Notes: a model not told the origin generated them from the letters alone. DNA of 53,439 bases, filler included, from Sluysia triapertura (GCA_046118255.1; 4 parts of 4 records of this genome joined end to end with filler, not necessarily neighbours in it); one strand, 5' to 3'. Numbered from the whole stretch's first letter, positions 38,286-52,040 are shown. Made by a program: numbers and translations.

Positions 38286-39004
38286 ACATTAGTAATAAAT
38301 GTTAATAAATAATAATAAGAAACTTCAATAGTTTTAAAAAATTAAATTGCTTGATAAATGACAGCAATTACTATAAAAAGAGCACTGAAACTTATTAATA
38401 AGCATAACTTACACGAAAATAATCACATAAACAAGAACTTTAAATCTTTCGAAAACGCTTTATCTACAAATTCACTATTAGTCAATTCTTGGAAAAAAAA
38501 GTAGACTACCTTAACAAGTTAATTCCATCCAATCATTACTGAATAAAAATTAAATATGTTAGTTAATTTTATATAAGTTTCACGCACGATTTAAGATGTG
38601 TAGATAAATCCACTATAACTAGTTTAATATAGATAATAAAATCTTTAATAAAATATTTCGAGTTCAGAATTAATCATTATTAATTTTGTATTTTTGTATA
38701 CACCTTTCTATTCTTAGGTACGTTACACAATACATTTTGTATTTAATGAAGTTAAATCTTGCTTTTTCAATCCTAATTTAATATAGAACATAACATCTAT
38801 AATTATTTAAATTATGTAGTTTTAACTTGTTAAACTTCATCATTAAATTTAAAACGATTTATAAAACCATTATTTTTTAAAATCCTGCTTAATAAAGGAT
38901 ATAAAATCTTATTATAATTAAACCATCGTTATCATATAACAAGTTTTTGAAGAGTCAAATTAAATCCACTATCAGTACCAGTGCCGACCTCTACTAGTTA
39001 TTAG

Positions 39005-39162
39005 TGTTGGGGTAAAGGGCCTAAAAGTGCCATTTGGTAAAATTGAATATAATAAAAATGAAATTGTTAGACGGGGCTGATAGCTCAGTGGTAGAGCATT
39101 CTCACTGCGCATCGAAGGTTCCGGGTTCGATCCCCGGTCAGTCCATTTGATGAAGTTTAACA
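39005..39162 (+). mobile_element. tRNA-containing TG...CA element, copy 4 (158 bp)
   Basis: Perfect TSD TTAG (39001-39004, 39163-39166); tRNA-like core at 39074-39145. Confidence 0.9.
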
Positions 39163-39620
39163 TTAGTATCACCTAAACAATTATACTTGTCACGTAAAAA
39201 TATATAAATCGACCTTCATAAGTATGCCTTTAATTGGTTAAGACTGGGATCACAAGCGAACTCGCTTATAAAATTTATATTTATTTCTTAAACACATTTA
39301 ACAAAACCACATCAAACTATTGACATTATTTCTTATTTACAATTTCTTACGCATATTTGATGTTTTAGTGTTGTCCATTAAAATTAAAGTTCTTAAATGA
39401 CTAATAATTATTGACGAATACATTGATGATTTTCTGAATCTGTAGGGCCATACAATTTTCGTATTTGACCTTAAAGAATCTTATTAAAATTATTATTATT
39501 ATTTCATGTTTATTAATATTATTCTTATTTGATGTTATTATTGCTATCATATTTGTATTATTAATATATATTGTTATTTTTTACAACTTATAATACGTTT
39601 CGTATTTGTCGATTTAACAT

Positions 39621-40157
39621 AAATAATGTTCGTCAGCATAAGTTATAATTGGTAATCTTGCAAAACACAATTTGCTTAAGTTAAAGATTCACAGAAAAAT
39701 ATATTTAAATATTGTAATTCGTGAAATATAAAATTTAATTTATGATAGAAAAGATATTAGTACATAATATCCCCGAAGTATTATTTTAATTACTGAACCG
39801 TCAATTTAATATCAAGATGTATATATATCTCGTGTTGTAAATATATATGTATGTACTTTTTAATTTCATAAATTTAATAAAAATTAATATTTAATTATAA
39901 AATTGAACAATTATAGGTTTTACAAATGATATACTTTCATTATTGACAACTTTTATTCATTTTAAGTTGATAATACTAATAACTAACATTATTTAATATC
40001 TCCAAGAATAGAATTTTACAGTCTTAATACATCGTAAATAGTATTAATTATCTATATAATCCATATTTAAATGAAGTAGATTACGAATAATTGATTACGT
40101 GAAATGATAATTGACTATTTAAATGGATACCACTGATTTCCATCAATAATGCATAGA
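39621..40157 (-). repeat. ~540-bp repeat, right arm of an inverted pair with 31672-32218
   Basis: Reverse-complement match to the left arm. Confidence 0.9.
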
Positions 40158-40602
40158 TTATTAAATAACATTAAGGCATATTAATAATTTTAAAAGAAGT
40201 TAATTAAAATTTGGTAAATAGAAATTTCCCATATAATGCTAGTAGGGTAAGGTTGCTCAAATCGTACCTATTAAGAAAAGAACTGTATAAAACTCAACAC
40301 TTTGTTAATATTGGTATTATGTACTATAAATAAATTGGAAAAATTTATGTGCTTTCATGTAATGAAACTAAGTATTTAAAAACTTACTTCGATACAACTA
40401 AGTCAACTTGTTTATTAAGTCGTACCATCTATTTCAAACTAAACATAACTGAATATTGAATAAAATTAATAGGATTTCGTTTCCACCAAATGATTAGGTA
40501 AATTAAACTGAACTTATGTTTAATGTGAAACATAATTTTATCAATAATTTACTTGCAAGATTAACTACCAAACATATCCAGAAAATTATAAGAAAATTGA
40601 AA

Positions 40603-40702
40603 NNNNNNNNNNNNNNNNNNNNNNNNNNNNNNNNNNNNNNNNNNNNTTAATTAATTAANNNNNNNNNNNNNNNNNNNNNNNNNNNNNNNNNNNNNNNNNN
40701 NN
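40603..40702. other. Artificial scaffold linker
   Basis: 44 N + TTAATTAATTAA + 44 N. Confidence 0.95.
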
Positions 40703-42324
40703 TATTTGTTTGGTCATATTATTATTATAATAACTATTTATTATTATAATTACTATTATTATTATAATTAGTATTAGTATTACTATTATTACTAGTACAA
40801 AATTAGATTTGTTTATTTTATAGTTATTTATGATTGGTGCTTGCTTAGTCTTGATAATTATTTTTTCATTTCCACTTAAATAAAATCATAGTTTTTCTGT
40901 TCTGTTGCTACATGTAGATACTTTGATTAATTGTGTTAGTTTTTGCTTTCTGTTAATATTTTTTCGATTACTTTTTTGATTTCAAAATATTTTAAAATGT
41001 TTCTTTTTGAGTTACTAACATTTATAATTTTATTTTAATATTATTGTGACATTTTAAGATATGTGTCTTATTTTATTTTACTTTATTATTTTGCAAACAA
41101 TATTAATTTATAATTTAATTTAATAAAAGACAGAGACCCTATGTTAAAATACGAAATATTAAAATATGAAAAAATATAAATATAATAATATTAATAATTA
41201 ATTTAATGTGAATTTATAAATTATAAAACTATATAAAATTATAATAAAACAGAAATGCAATTTTTAATAAATTTACACACAACTTTGTAAACTTAAAATA
41301 AAATTATAACTTAAAATAAATCTTATTATAATGTAATAACCTTAAAATTAATATCACAGAATATCCTAAAATCGAAAATAAATCAAAGACAATAAAAATG
41401 GAACATAATAAATGTTTATCTAAACGTTTAAATTAAATTAAATTACTCTAAATTAAAATTAAAACCTATAATTGTAATAAAATGGAAATAAATAAATTAA
41501 ATTAAATTTGCTATGGCCTAACGCCGTTGCGTAGCAAATTATGTAATTTTAATGAGAAAAATTACGCATTTCTTGAATCAAGATTAACCGAACTTCTAAC
41601 AATACTGCTGCGGCTTTTATTGATGCTTAAAACTAAACCTACGGCAAAATAGAAAATTGAGCAGGGTCAGGTTACAGTAAGTGTCTCATGTCGTAAAGAG
41701 GACACTTCTGTAACAATATAAGTTTATCAAAACGTAATAATCCTAAACTGATAACTTAAATATGAGAGGGTCAAAAAACTGTTACAAAACTCAAGTAATT
41801 GTGCAATAAATAAAACTTCAAAACGTTTAATTAAAATTTTATTACAAAAAACAAATTGAACAGTTTAGATTAATTATAAAATAAGGACAAAAATAAAAGA
41901 AATGGAGGTTAAGAATATTATTTTATAGTTAAAGCTATTTATTGGTATTTAACTATTTTAATTATATTTTGCACTGTATTTTACCCTTCAATATATCGGG
42001 AACCTTAAACTTTACTAAATAGAGTATTATTTTACGTGTATTTTATGATATCAACTTTTTTAAATAAAGCTAATATCGATCTTAAAATAAAAAAATTACT
42101 TTGAACATGGAACTGATAAATTTGAATCCAAATTTGATCGCGATTTTGGTTGTTGACGATAGCAAAATACAAATAATTAATTTGAAACGTAGTTTTACAA
42201 ATGGCTGCTTCACTTGATATTGCCTTTAAATTAGTGTTATTACAAATGGCGATTTTCATTGTATTGATGCTAGTTTATATACTAGTCATCATCCAATGAA
42301 AATCGATGGAATGTTCTAGAAAAA

Positions 42325-42625
42325 TACTGCTTTTGAAACTATTATTAACATATAATAGCTATTTTTCATCTCCCGTAACAATTGGATCTAAAAGCATTTC
42401 AATACTCAGTCTTGATTATAAAAATGTTGTAACCGAAACACTTGGAAATTTCTTTTCACTTGTCAAATTATGTGACATATCTTAGTCTCTTTCGAAGTAG
42501 TTGTATGCGTATTTCATCTATTATGACTGCTTCGCTACGTACTTCAGAGCCTTGTATTGGATTCAGTGTGTTCAAAGCATCATTTTCCAGATCTGTAGGT
42601 TGGTCAGATCATCATAGTTTTCCTA
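42325..42625 (-). mobile_element. mariner transposase remnant
   Basis: SDQPTDLENDALNTL...RLRYVT*FDK* and, after a frameshift, LLDPIVTGDEK*LLYVN match mariner SGRP...KLxKWVPH and FLDRIVTGDEKWxLYVN. Confidence 0.7.
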
Positions 42626-44475
42626 TCTAAATAGAGGAAACAATTTTTAAATTGATGTAAAGTATGTAGCATCTGAATAACATTTTGAAATTATATTCTT
42701 ACTTTCATCGTCTTGGCCCAGAATTATACTCGAAATGAATACGATAAATTTTAAGTGAAGCATATTATTAACACTCGATTTTATTGCGTTTATAATTTAT
42801 TTTCCATAGATATTACGATTCGATCGATTCTGCAAATTAATCCCATCAAATTTTGTTAAATATATTTTTTTATAAGAAATAATCAGTAAGCCATTAATAC
42901 TACTTATAATTCTCATCATCTGTAAAGTTATTTATTTTATTTCCAGATTATCAATTAAAGATTATTTAGGTTTCATTGAAAATTTTAATCTGCATAAGGA
43001 ATTACCAATTTTATATTATCAACTCATTAAAATTACCCAATAATCCATTTTTTCTTAATCCATTAAGTTATTTTTTGTAGATTCATTTGCTAAGGACTTT
43101 CGTGGTACAGAAATGCAAGAATTAGATTGAATTTAAACTATTAAAAGAGCAGAACCACCATTTATAGCACTATAAATACTTAAACACTATCGAAACTACT
43201 AAATAAAATATATCCATCTAAATTTAAAGTTACATATTCTCAGAAAAAGTAATTATAAGTAACTATAATAATTTTCATTACTGTAGTAACGTTTATAATA
43301 CCAAAGATAATAATATAAATTAAATATTTATACAAAGTAGCAGCTACTTTGTTCTAATAAACCGTTGCTAGAAGAAGAGATTAATTTACTGTAAAATAAT
43401 GAAATTGTATTGTGAAACACAAAAGTACTTTATTTTAAATACATCTAAAAATGAATCTGTTAATCAATAATATAAAACGCTTAAAAACAAAACAAAATAA
43501 TATAAAATAAATAAAATAAAATAATAGAAAAATAAATAAAAATAAATTCCTCTTCACTCAATTAAATACAAAGTTGTTTGACAAAACTTTTCAAATAATT
43601 GCTGATTAATTACAAAGAAAAATGTGTACCTAGGATATTAGAAAAGAAAATGTTTGTGTTAAAACATTTTATTGAATAATTAAAACAGTAAAAAATTTTA
43701 TTATTATTATTATCATTTAAAATTTATTATAATTATTGACAGAATTAATTACTAAATTAAAAAAATTAACTTGTTTTCAAAGTGATAAATTAAAATAAAA
43801 TAAAAAATATAATTTCAATAAATTTCATAATCGCAAAATAAAATTGTAAACAAAATAAATTTAAAAAGTCTTAGTTTCCTCAATAATTTGTGTGAAATGA
43901 TATTTAACAATAATCATTTCATAATAATCCATACATCTTCTGACACCTTTTACAAACTTTTTAAACCTTTAATATACCTTTATTTAATCATTCTTTAGTC
44001 ACCATTATCTGTATAAAATATATATTTACTATAAAATAAATGTTTAATAAATTTAATTTTATTATTAACTTTTAATTAATTTTAATTATTTTAATTATTA
44101 TTTGTTTCAATAAAGTTATTAAGGTTATTAAAATTTTATTTTTTATTATAATAATAATTATTATTATATTTATATTATTTGTAAACATTATTAAAATGTT
44201 TTGACCATTGTTCAGATTTTATCTTAAAACAATTATGAATTTATGTTGACTGGGTCCGCCTATAATCCAAGTTTTATATCCAACGGAAGACTTAGTTATA
44301 GGTATGTCAAAAATCTACGAGAAGTGTTCCTTAAAATCTAAAATGGAGGGTCTTTTTCTGTATTTAATCCTTTAATAATGATTCCCTTTAGTTTTATTTA
44401 TTTTTCTCTGACTTAAAACAAAACTTGTAAATGTAGTACCAATGTACTCTAAGTAGATTTATTATACAAAATGAA

Positions 44476-44597
44476 ATGTTCAATAATAAAGAGAAACAAA
44501 TAAATATACGAGATTAATAATAATAGGATAATTGAGATGTTCAATAATAAAGAGAAACAATTAAATACACGAAATTAATAATAATAGGATAGTTAGT
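44476..44597. repeat. 61-bp tandem duplication (2 copies)
   Basis: ATGTTCAATAATAAAGAGAAACAA...AATAATAATAGGATA starts at 44476 and again at 44537. Confidence 0.9.
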
Positions 44598-44918
44598 TTA
44601 AAACTTTAAGATTTCTCTTAATTAAAATTTGTAAATTTTAAAAAATGATTTTAACCCAGGTGAATACTTGGGTGTGTTAAAATCTAATGATAATTTAAGT
44701 GTAATTTAAAACAAATATAATTGTTTAAAATCCTAAAAAAAATAACTTACGGTTGCAACAACAATTTATCCAAAGAATTGTGAGATGAATATTGGTTCAA
44801 CTTTTAATTCTGATAATAGCGTCCAATCTTGTGACCGATGAACACCAAGTAAATTTTCTTCCGATAGTACAGTTTTCCGACGAAGCTTCCAATAAATCAA
44901 TAGCGGTTTCTTCGAAGA

Positions 44919-45005
44919 ATAATTCGAATCAACAACGGTTCCTCCAAATAATTTGAATCAGCAACGATTTCTCCAAATAATTTAAATCAGCAACGATTTC
45001 TCCAA
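44919..45005. repeat. 29-bp minisatellite (3 copies plus a degenerate upstream unit)
   Basis: Unit AATAATTTGAATCAGCAACGATTTCTCCA. Confidence 0.9.
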
Positions 45006-46369
45006 ACGTTACGCCAAATTCAATAATTTTTAAAATTTGTTTTTTAAGAATTGTGTGTTGCAAGTTAGAATCTTCGGCTATTTATGTAAGATTTTTGTAA
45101 GATAAAAATTTAGATAAATATTAATTTAATTCTTTTAAAAATCTAATTAATTTTGAACTTTTAAAATTTGACACGTAAATGTAGATAAAAGTTATTTTAC
45201 AATTATTAATTTTTTAATATTTACTGATAAATATTATTTACAGGTAAAAATCACAAAGGTCTCGAATTTTTATCTATTAATTAATTAAACTCGAATAAAT
45301 GTTTTGGTAAATTTTTATCTATTAATTAAACGCATAAATAATGAAATTTACATTTATACTAATTAATGAATCAAACGTATTTTTAATTTTATATTATCTA
45401 CACCATAAAACTAGCGAAACTTCCTTAGTTAAATCTTTAAAATTTGTGTCATGTTTTTTTCTCTTTAATTATTTTACTGAACTTACGTAGAATTTTAATT
45501 TGCCTGAATGTTGTTTTATATTTTATAGATTTCGTAGATTTGCTGATAATCCAAGTTTTTCTATGATGTCTTACTCTTTCATAATATTCTAATCTTCTCT
45601 ATTAATATTATCACTTTGTATTAAATCTAACTGGACGTGTAATCCTTTGTCAATATAAGTCTTTTCTATTAGCTTGATCTATGAATATCACTTGTACTTT
45701 CTATTATGTTCACTTTATATAAAGGTGTGAATTCTAATACTCGTTTCGGTGGTGTGAAATGGAAGTGCTTAATAAAATTCTCAGCTTTTAATGTTTAAAT
45801 TTCTATCTATATTCTGCAATTAAGATATCAATTAATCCTAATCTTTATTACTTCTTTTCTTATTTAAATGATTTAATTTAATCGTACAGGCTCAACTATC
45901 AAACCCCTTTTATTTAATTCTATTTAAAGAAAAGAAAATTTCATGAATAACACTGAATATTTATTAAATAAATGAACTTCTTATATAAACTTTAAATTAT
46001 ATTAATTAAAATATAAATCATAAAATTATTCGATACTGAAAATAATTTTTATGAAGAACCAGTAGCCGTTTAAAAAATTTGTTTCACTCCAAATGTAAAA
46101 TTCTGATTGTCCAAATCAAAATATTTTTGTCCTAATTCTTGTTCTCGAGATGCAAAATTCTAGTTGATGAAATACCAAATTCCTATTTTTCGAATACAAA
46201 ATTCTCTTTATTTGAATTTTTTTATATCGAATTGGTGTTTATTTAATAAATAAATCCAATATAAATCAAAAATTAATAAATCCAATATAAATTCACAATC
46301 AATTATTTACATTTATTATTAGTAACAGTTTTTAAATAAATTATTTTTCGCTAATATAGTTTTATTTGA

Positions 46370-46625
46370 ATTGTTTTAAAATTTGATTTCATAACACTAT
46401 TATTGATTCTTAATTTAAGATGATTTATTGACTACAATATTAAGGTTTGATGTTTATATATTTTAATTTCATATTGTTTTATATAATCTCACTTTAAAAT
46501 GATTATTTATACATTTTTACTTAGAATGTAAATGTTATTTGTTATTAAATTTTGAATTTATAGTGACTATATGTAATCTCATTTTAAATTGATACTAAAG
46601 CATTATAATCTTAATAATTTTTTAA
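46370..46625 (-). repeat. Inverted homologue of the 10215-11230 degenerate array
   Basis: The reverse complement shares ATTATTAAGATTATAAT, TATAAATTCAAAATTTAATAACAAATA and AATCATCTTAAATTAAGAATC with 10218-10352. Confidence 0.7.
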
Positions 46626-49600
46626 CAATTATTTTATTAAAAATGAGTTTATTTTAAAATAAAAAAGAGCATTATGTCTAGAATTCTTTTACAAAATATA
46701 TATTACATTTTACAATTCAATGTCTCATTAAATATGAAAATGTAACTTTAAATTTAACGCTGATAATAAATTAATTTTTTGGTCCAAAATAAACCGGTTA
46801 ATGGTACTTTGAATGTGAATCATAGAGTACTGAAAACAGTTTCGTTTCAGCCTAATTTTCTTGAAATAAAAGCTCTTCTTAAAGTCACTGAAGGTACATA
46901 TGGCAATATCATGATTTATTACGTATGATAAGTTTATTCCTTTGATGTTTGTGCATATTTTATTTTTGCATATGGGATTCCTTACTACATTGAATTTCTT
47001 AGGTGGTAACCATGAAACATCACAAATTGCAAGAGCTTTTTGATTTTATGATGGATGCAATGTAAGATTATCAGCAGAAATGTTTTAAAATAATGTAAAA
47101 GATTTAAAAAATGCACTGTGTTCAATTTCAGGTTCAATGTTTGCTGTGTGACGGTTTTTGGAGTGATCCTTGGTATCACAATGTACATTTACAAGAAAAT
47201 TTTAATAAAGCATCTTGTTGGAGAGTAAACAATAGAAGTATACCAATATACCTATGTTAGATTTATGCGTTTTACATGTTTTATAATCAATATTATTTTT
47301 CTATCGTTAATGGCGCTATCAACCTTCTAAATTCAATAACAATAGTTTCACTAGGCCTTAAACCGGATTCATGGCTTTCAAAATTGAAATGTAAGCGTGT
47401 GAAATAATAATTAGTCGTGTGTAATAATAATCATTATTTTATTTATGTAATTAATAATTTTTATTTTATAACAAATTAAATTAAAACTTTTTATTAACTT
47501 AAATTTTTATTTTAATAAATTAAATAATTAAAAATAATTAGAAAATTGAAATTCTTAAATTGGAATTTTATTATTATTATAATTATAATAATAATTATTA
47601 TTAAGAAAACAATGTGAATTATTTATCATATCATTTGTTTGTTTATAGTTACCTTGTTGTTATCAACATAAAACAAGAAATTAATATAAATACAATAGAA
47701 TATTTGTTATAATCCCACAAGTTAAATTATAATTTTTTATAAATCTTAAAATTATCAACGAGATACTATAAATTAACTTTGTATTATTTGAATTGTCACA
47801 TTTAAATTAAATTTGGATCATTTGGATTGTCCTGATTAAATTAATTTCGGATCATTTGGATTGTTACATTTTTCTGGCTGATTATTTATTCTTTTATTAA
47901 AAAATCGTTAGTTTTACATATTTTAAGAAGGTAAATTTGACTTAAAATTAAATAAAAATCTTTGTGTAAAATTTAATTTAAATAATATCATCTCATAATA
48001 TTCTTAGATACAATATTAATTAAAATTAATATTATAACAATCATTTTTATCAAAACTATATTACGAATAACGTAAGTAGTGATTTATTGAATTTAAACAT
48101 ATTTGTGTAGTTATATCTTTACAAATATTGAACTTTTGAATATTGTGTATTTTTACTAAAATGTATCTGTTTTAAATTTGTTTAAATTTACGTTTATGTA
48201 ATTGTATTTTGTTCTAAATTTGTTAATTAATATTCACATAATATTTCATATAGTTATAATTTTTCTTTACCGTAACAAAGAAAATAATAAAATCAAATAG
48301 ATCATTTTAGATCTTAAACAAAATCTGACGATTAACAATTAAAATGTATTACCTCCCATTTCTCCATATTTATTACTTTCGACACTGACATCTAAGCACT
48401 GGCCCTTGAGCGCGTAAGCCCAGTGTCACAGAGGACTCACTTAAGACATCTTAATTTAAAATATAAAGAAAAAGCAAAAATTTTCACAGAAATGAGAGTT
48501 AAGAATTAAAAGATAAAATAAAGATAAAGAAGATTATGGGAAATTCGAAGTTAAAAAGTTAATATTAGACACTATATTAAACTTATATTACCTTAAATGT
48601 GTAATTTTTTCGATAAGTTAGATAAAATATATTAAATTGTTTTATTATTTATGAATGATTTGTTTAATATTGTTACCGTAATGAAATAATTCTTTGTTTT
48701 CACAATATTTCTATTTCAGCATATCATCAATTATATAATATTTGTCGGCAGCATAATTATTGACACAATGTAATTCTACTTTGGACTTATGACTGAGCAT
48801 ATTTTAAAAGTAAATAGCAAAAATATAGTTAAAAATGAAGATTTGAAATAAATTAGTACACGATAGTGAATAGAAATTATAATGTAAAGTACATATATCT
48901 TATTACACATTGTATTTTATTAAAATTATTCAAAAATAAAATTTTAAATTTTAAAACTTAAGGAATACTGAGAAAACAGACCATACTTCTGTATTATAAA
49001 AATGCTAAATTACAACAGTCAAACAATATGTTAATTTTTGTTAAATTTATTTGTTTTTTGTTTTTCTATCAAATTAAAATTAAAAGTAAAACAGTAAAAA
49101 CTTGTCGCACTTAATTAATAAAGAGAAAACGTTACGTATTAAAAGGACGAAGTGTAAAAACGAAAAAACGGAAATAAAGGAACGAAAACTCGCAAAACAT
49201 TCACTTGTATATTAAGTGGTGTAACTATATATTTATAATAAATTCAATTAAATTAAAAATTGTTCAATAAAAACCTTAATAATTACATGTATCATCAAAT
49301 TAAAAATTTAGAAAATTTGAGTAAAATTTAAAATATACTCCAACAAATTTAAAAATAATGTAATATTATTTTAATATTATAATAATATTAAAAAAATAAT
49401 AATAATAATATAATTCTTGGATGGGATAAAATTAAGTTTGAGAATAAAAATAAAATTTTTAAATTAAATATTTAAATCAGAGATTATTTTGGTGGGTTTT
49501 AGAAGTTCCATGTCCCTCTTCAATATTTTCAAATTTTATTTATATACCAAAAATTGACTTTTCAATTTTTCAATGTATTTTAAAATTCATATTGTCAAAG

Positions 49601-50190
49601 TTTCATAAGAAAACATTAATTCTTAACAAATAGTCGTTTAAAAATTAACGAATGCAAAAACACTTTCGTTGGACTCCGCAATAGATTGTTAAAGTAATTC
49701 GTATTTCTAAACGTTTGATAAACTCTGATTTAAATTATCAAACACCAAATGTATTAATAAAATAAAATTAATAAAATTATAAATTATGTTTGTAATTCAT
49801 GCAATAACCGAAAAGTATAAATAATTCAATACAACATCGACCATACACAGCATATTCAAAATTAATAAAATACCTACCTATTATTTTGTCGAGAAATACT
49901 GAATTAATTTATTTCAATAAATTACGATAAATATAAACGAACGAAACAACCTTAAAACCAATCATTAATGCTTAACTTTATATATGCGATTGTATGCTTG
50001 CCTGCATAGTGGTGAGCAAAGTACATATTTTTTAAAAATAACTTTCCAATTAAAAACTTAAACTTACAAAACAAAATTGAAGCTAATATAATCAATTGTT
50101 GTGCTAATTTATATTTGAAAATGCAACTTTCATTATGATACTATTTTTAATTTCGTATTACAACGTTAGAATCAATAACTTTTGATTGAA

Positions 50191-50225
50191 TTCATAAGAT
50201 AGACTGACTAAGATTCGAATCCACT
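50191..50225 (-). repeat. Degenerate fragment of the tRNA-containing element (3' end)
   Basis: TTCATAAGATAGACTGACTAAGATTCGAATCC aligns with the family's TTCATAAAATGGACTGACCGGGGATCGAACCC. Confidence 0.45.
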
Positions 50226-50608
50226 GCAATCTATTGTTCTTTCATCTGACTATATTACAGTTATTTGGTTAATTTACACTATCAAGGTTTCTATGCTTTG
50301 TTTAATCGCTGCTTCATAATTTTCTCTTAATTAATAAACCTAATTTTATATCTAAAACTAACTTTGTCTACCATATGTACCACACGTCATTAAATTTTAT
50401 GGTAACAAAGTGTAAAATATTTATTATTGAAATTTCCGATTGTTTTATTCATTTATTTATGCCTTTTATTTGGTATTTACTAATATTCTTAATATTTATT
50501 TCATTTTTATTTTATGAATAATAAACACTATCATATTTCTATAATTTACTGCTTTTATAGATGTTATCGTAAAAAACTTAGAATTCTCAAAAGAGAAAAG
50601 AAATATTT

Positions 50609-50764
50609 TGTCAGACTTCATAAAATGGAGTGACCGGGGATCGAACCCAGGACATTTCGCTGCGCAGTTCGATACTCTACCACTGAGCTATCATCCCCGC
50701 CTAACAATTTTTACATTACTATATTCAATTATACCAAATGGTACCTTAGGCCCATATCCCAACA
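50609..50764 (-). mobile_element. tRNA-containing TG...CA element, copy 5 (156 bp)
   Basis: Perfect TSD ATTT (50605-50608, 50765-50768); ends TGTTGGG...GTCTGACA on the minus strand; A box, B box and TTTT intact. Confidence 0.9.
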
Positions 50765-51986
50765 ATTTCAATACATACAATATTGAAATACAAACTTAAT
50801 TGGTCAAGGAATAAGTCAGAGATTAAACGAAAATACCATGGAATTGAAATATAGAATGGAAAGGAATTGACCACATATGTGCCAAACAATATAGAATAAA
50901 TGTATACTTTATTTAGAATAGAATTGATAAAAACTTTGCTATAAAATGATGTATTTTGCACTGAAAAATACATCATTTAATACACACCAAATAGAATGTA
51001 TTAGTAGAATAATTAGACACTTGATAATCTTCGATAGATTAATTTAGGGACAGCTGATATTTAGAAAAATATTGAAACACTATAATGAAAGTGTGATATC
51101 ATGAAATTGAAATATGTATGTGACAATAATTTTATAGTAATAATTTGAAAGTAAATTAACAATAGTATTACATTATTTTTGCGAGTTTATATTTAGTCAA
51201 TAAAGTATATTACTGCCTATTTCTAACTTCTTTATCCAAGTACTGAAAGATCTATCATTTTGATTAATGCCAGCTTTATATCATCCTTTTTTCAATGGTA
51301 TTTCTATTAAATGACATCGAACTAAAAATTTGGTAATCTAACAAAGCAATATCTTGACTATGACCGAATTTTCCAATTAAATTCTATATTTCAAATGATT
51401 TCTGAAGTTTGCATTGTTATGTAACGAAATTTTACATTTTTTATTCTTTGATGAAGTTCGAACTTTTAATGTATTCTGGCACAAGCTTTTGTAACTGCTG
51501 ACAGTAGTTTAAAATTCACAACTGTAGTTGTATTTCACCAAATTAAAATGTCAGTCAAACTTATCATACTTACAAAACACAATTTTTTATTAAATTTTAT
51601 TAATCATTGTAAAACTAATTTTTCTATCATGTTGCATAATAAAATAACGAACCTGAAATTTTCTTTTGGCAATATAATATTTTATTTTTCTTAAAATTCG
51701 AATTTGCAGTTTTTGATTTGGAGTCAAACTATAAATGATTATTGATTCAGTATTAAATATGCTTTACCCAAAATCGAATTCATCGATACTATCTAAATGT
51801 AAAGTGATTGTTAATGACAATGCAACTGCGAAACAAATCTAAAGTTTTAATAATACTATTGAAATTAAGAAAACGTCATCTTTTTTCGTAAATCTTTCAT
51901 TGTTAGTTAGATCGTTATAAAGTTTTAAAATATATTAGAATTTATTTTTTACTTTTATTGGTAACTGGTGGAACTCGTTATTATAA

Positions 51987-52039
<53 letters not shown>
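51987..52039. repeat. (ATT)n microsatellite
   Basis: About 17 perfect ATT units. Confidence 0.95.

Positions 52040-52040
<1 letters not shown>

Noticed and set aside
38972-39172. Similar short ORFs at 38972-39172 and 50608-50799 as a gene family
   Set aside because: Antisense translations of the tRNA-bearing element.
40242-40602. pogo-like transposon end (TAGGGTAAGGTTGCTCAAATCGTACC)
   Set aside because: The partner TIR is not visible because the scaffold ends, so it cannot be supported.
44919-45005. CRISPR-like array
   Set aside because: The 29-bp units are head-to-tail with no spacers, the context is eukaryotic and there are no cas genes.
50609-50764. Ordinary tRNA-derived SINE
   Set aside because: The tRNA is internal behind a conserved leader, there is no A-rich or repeat tail, the ends are TG...CA and the TSD is a fixed 4 bp.
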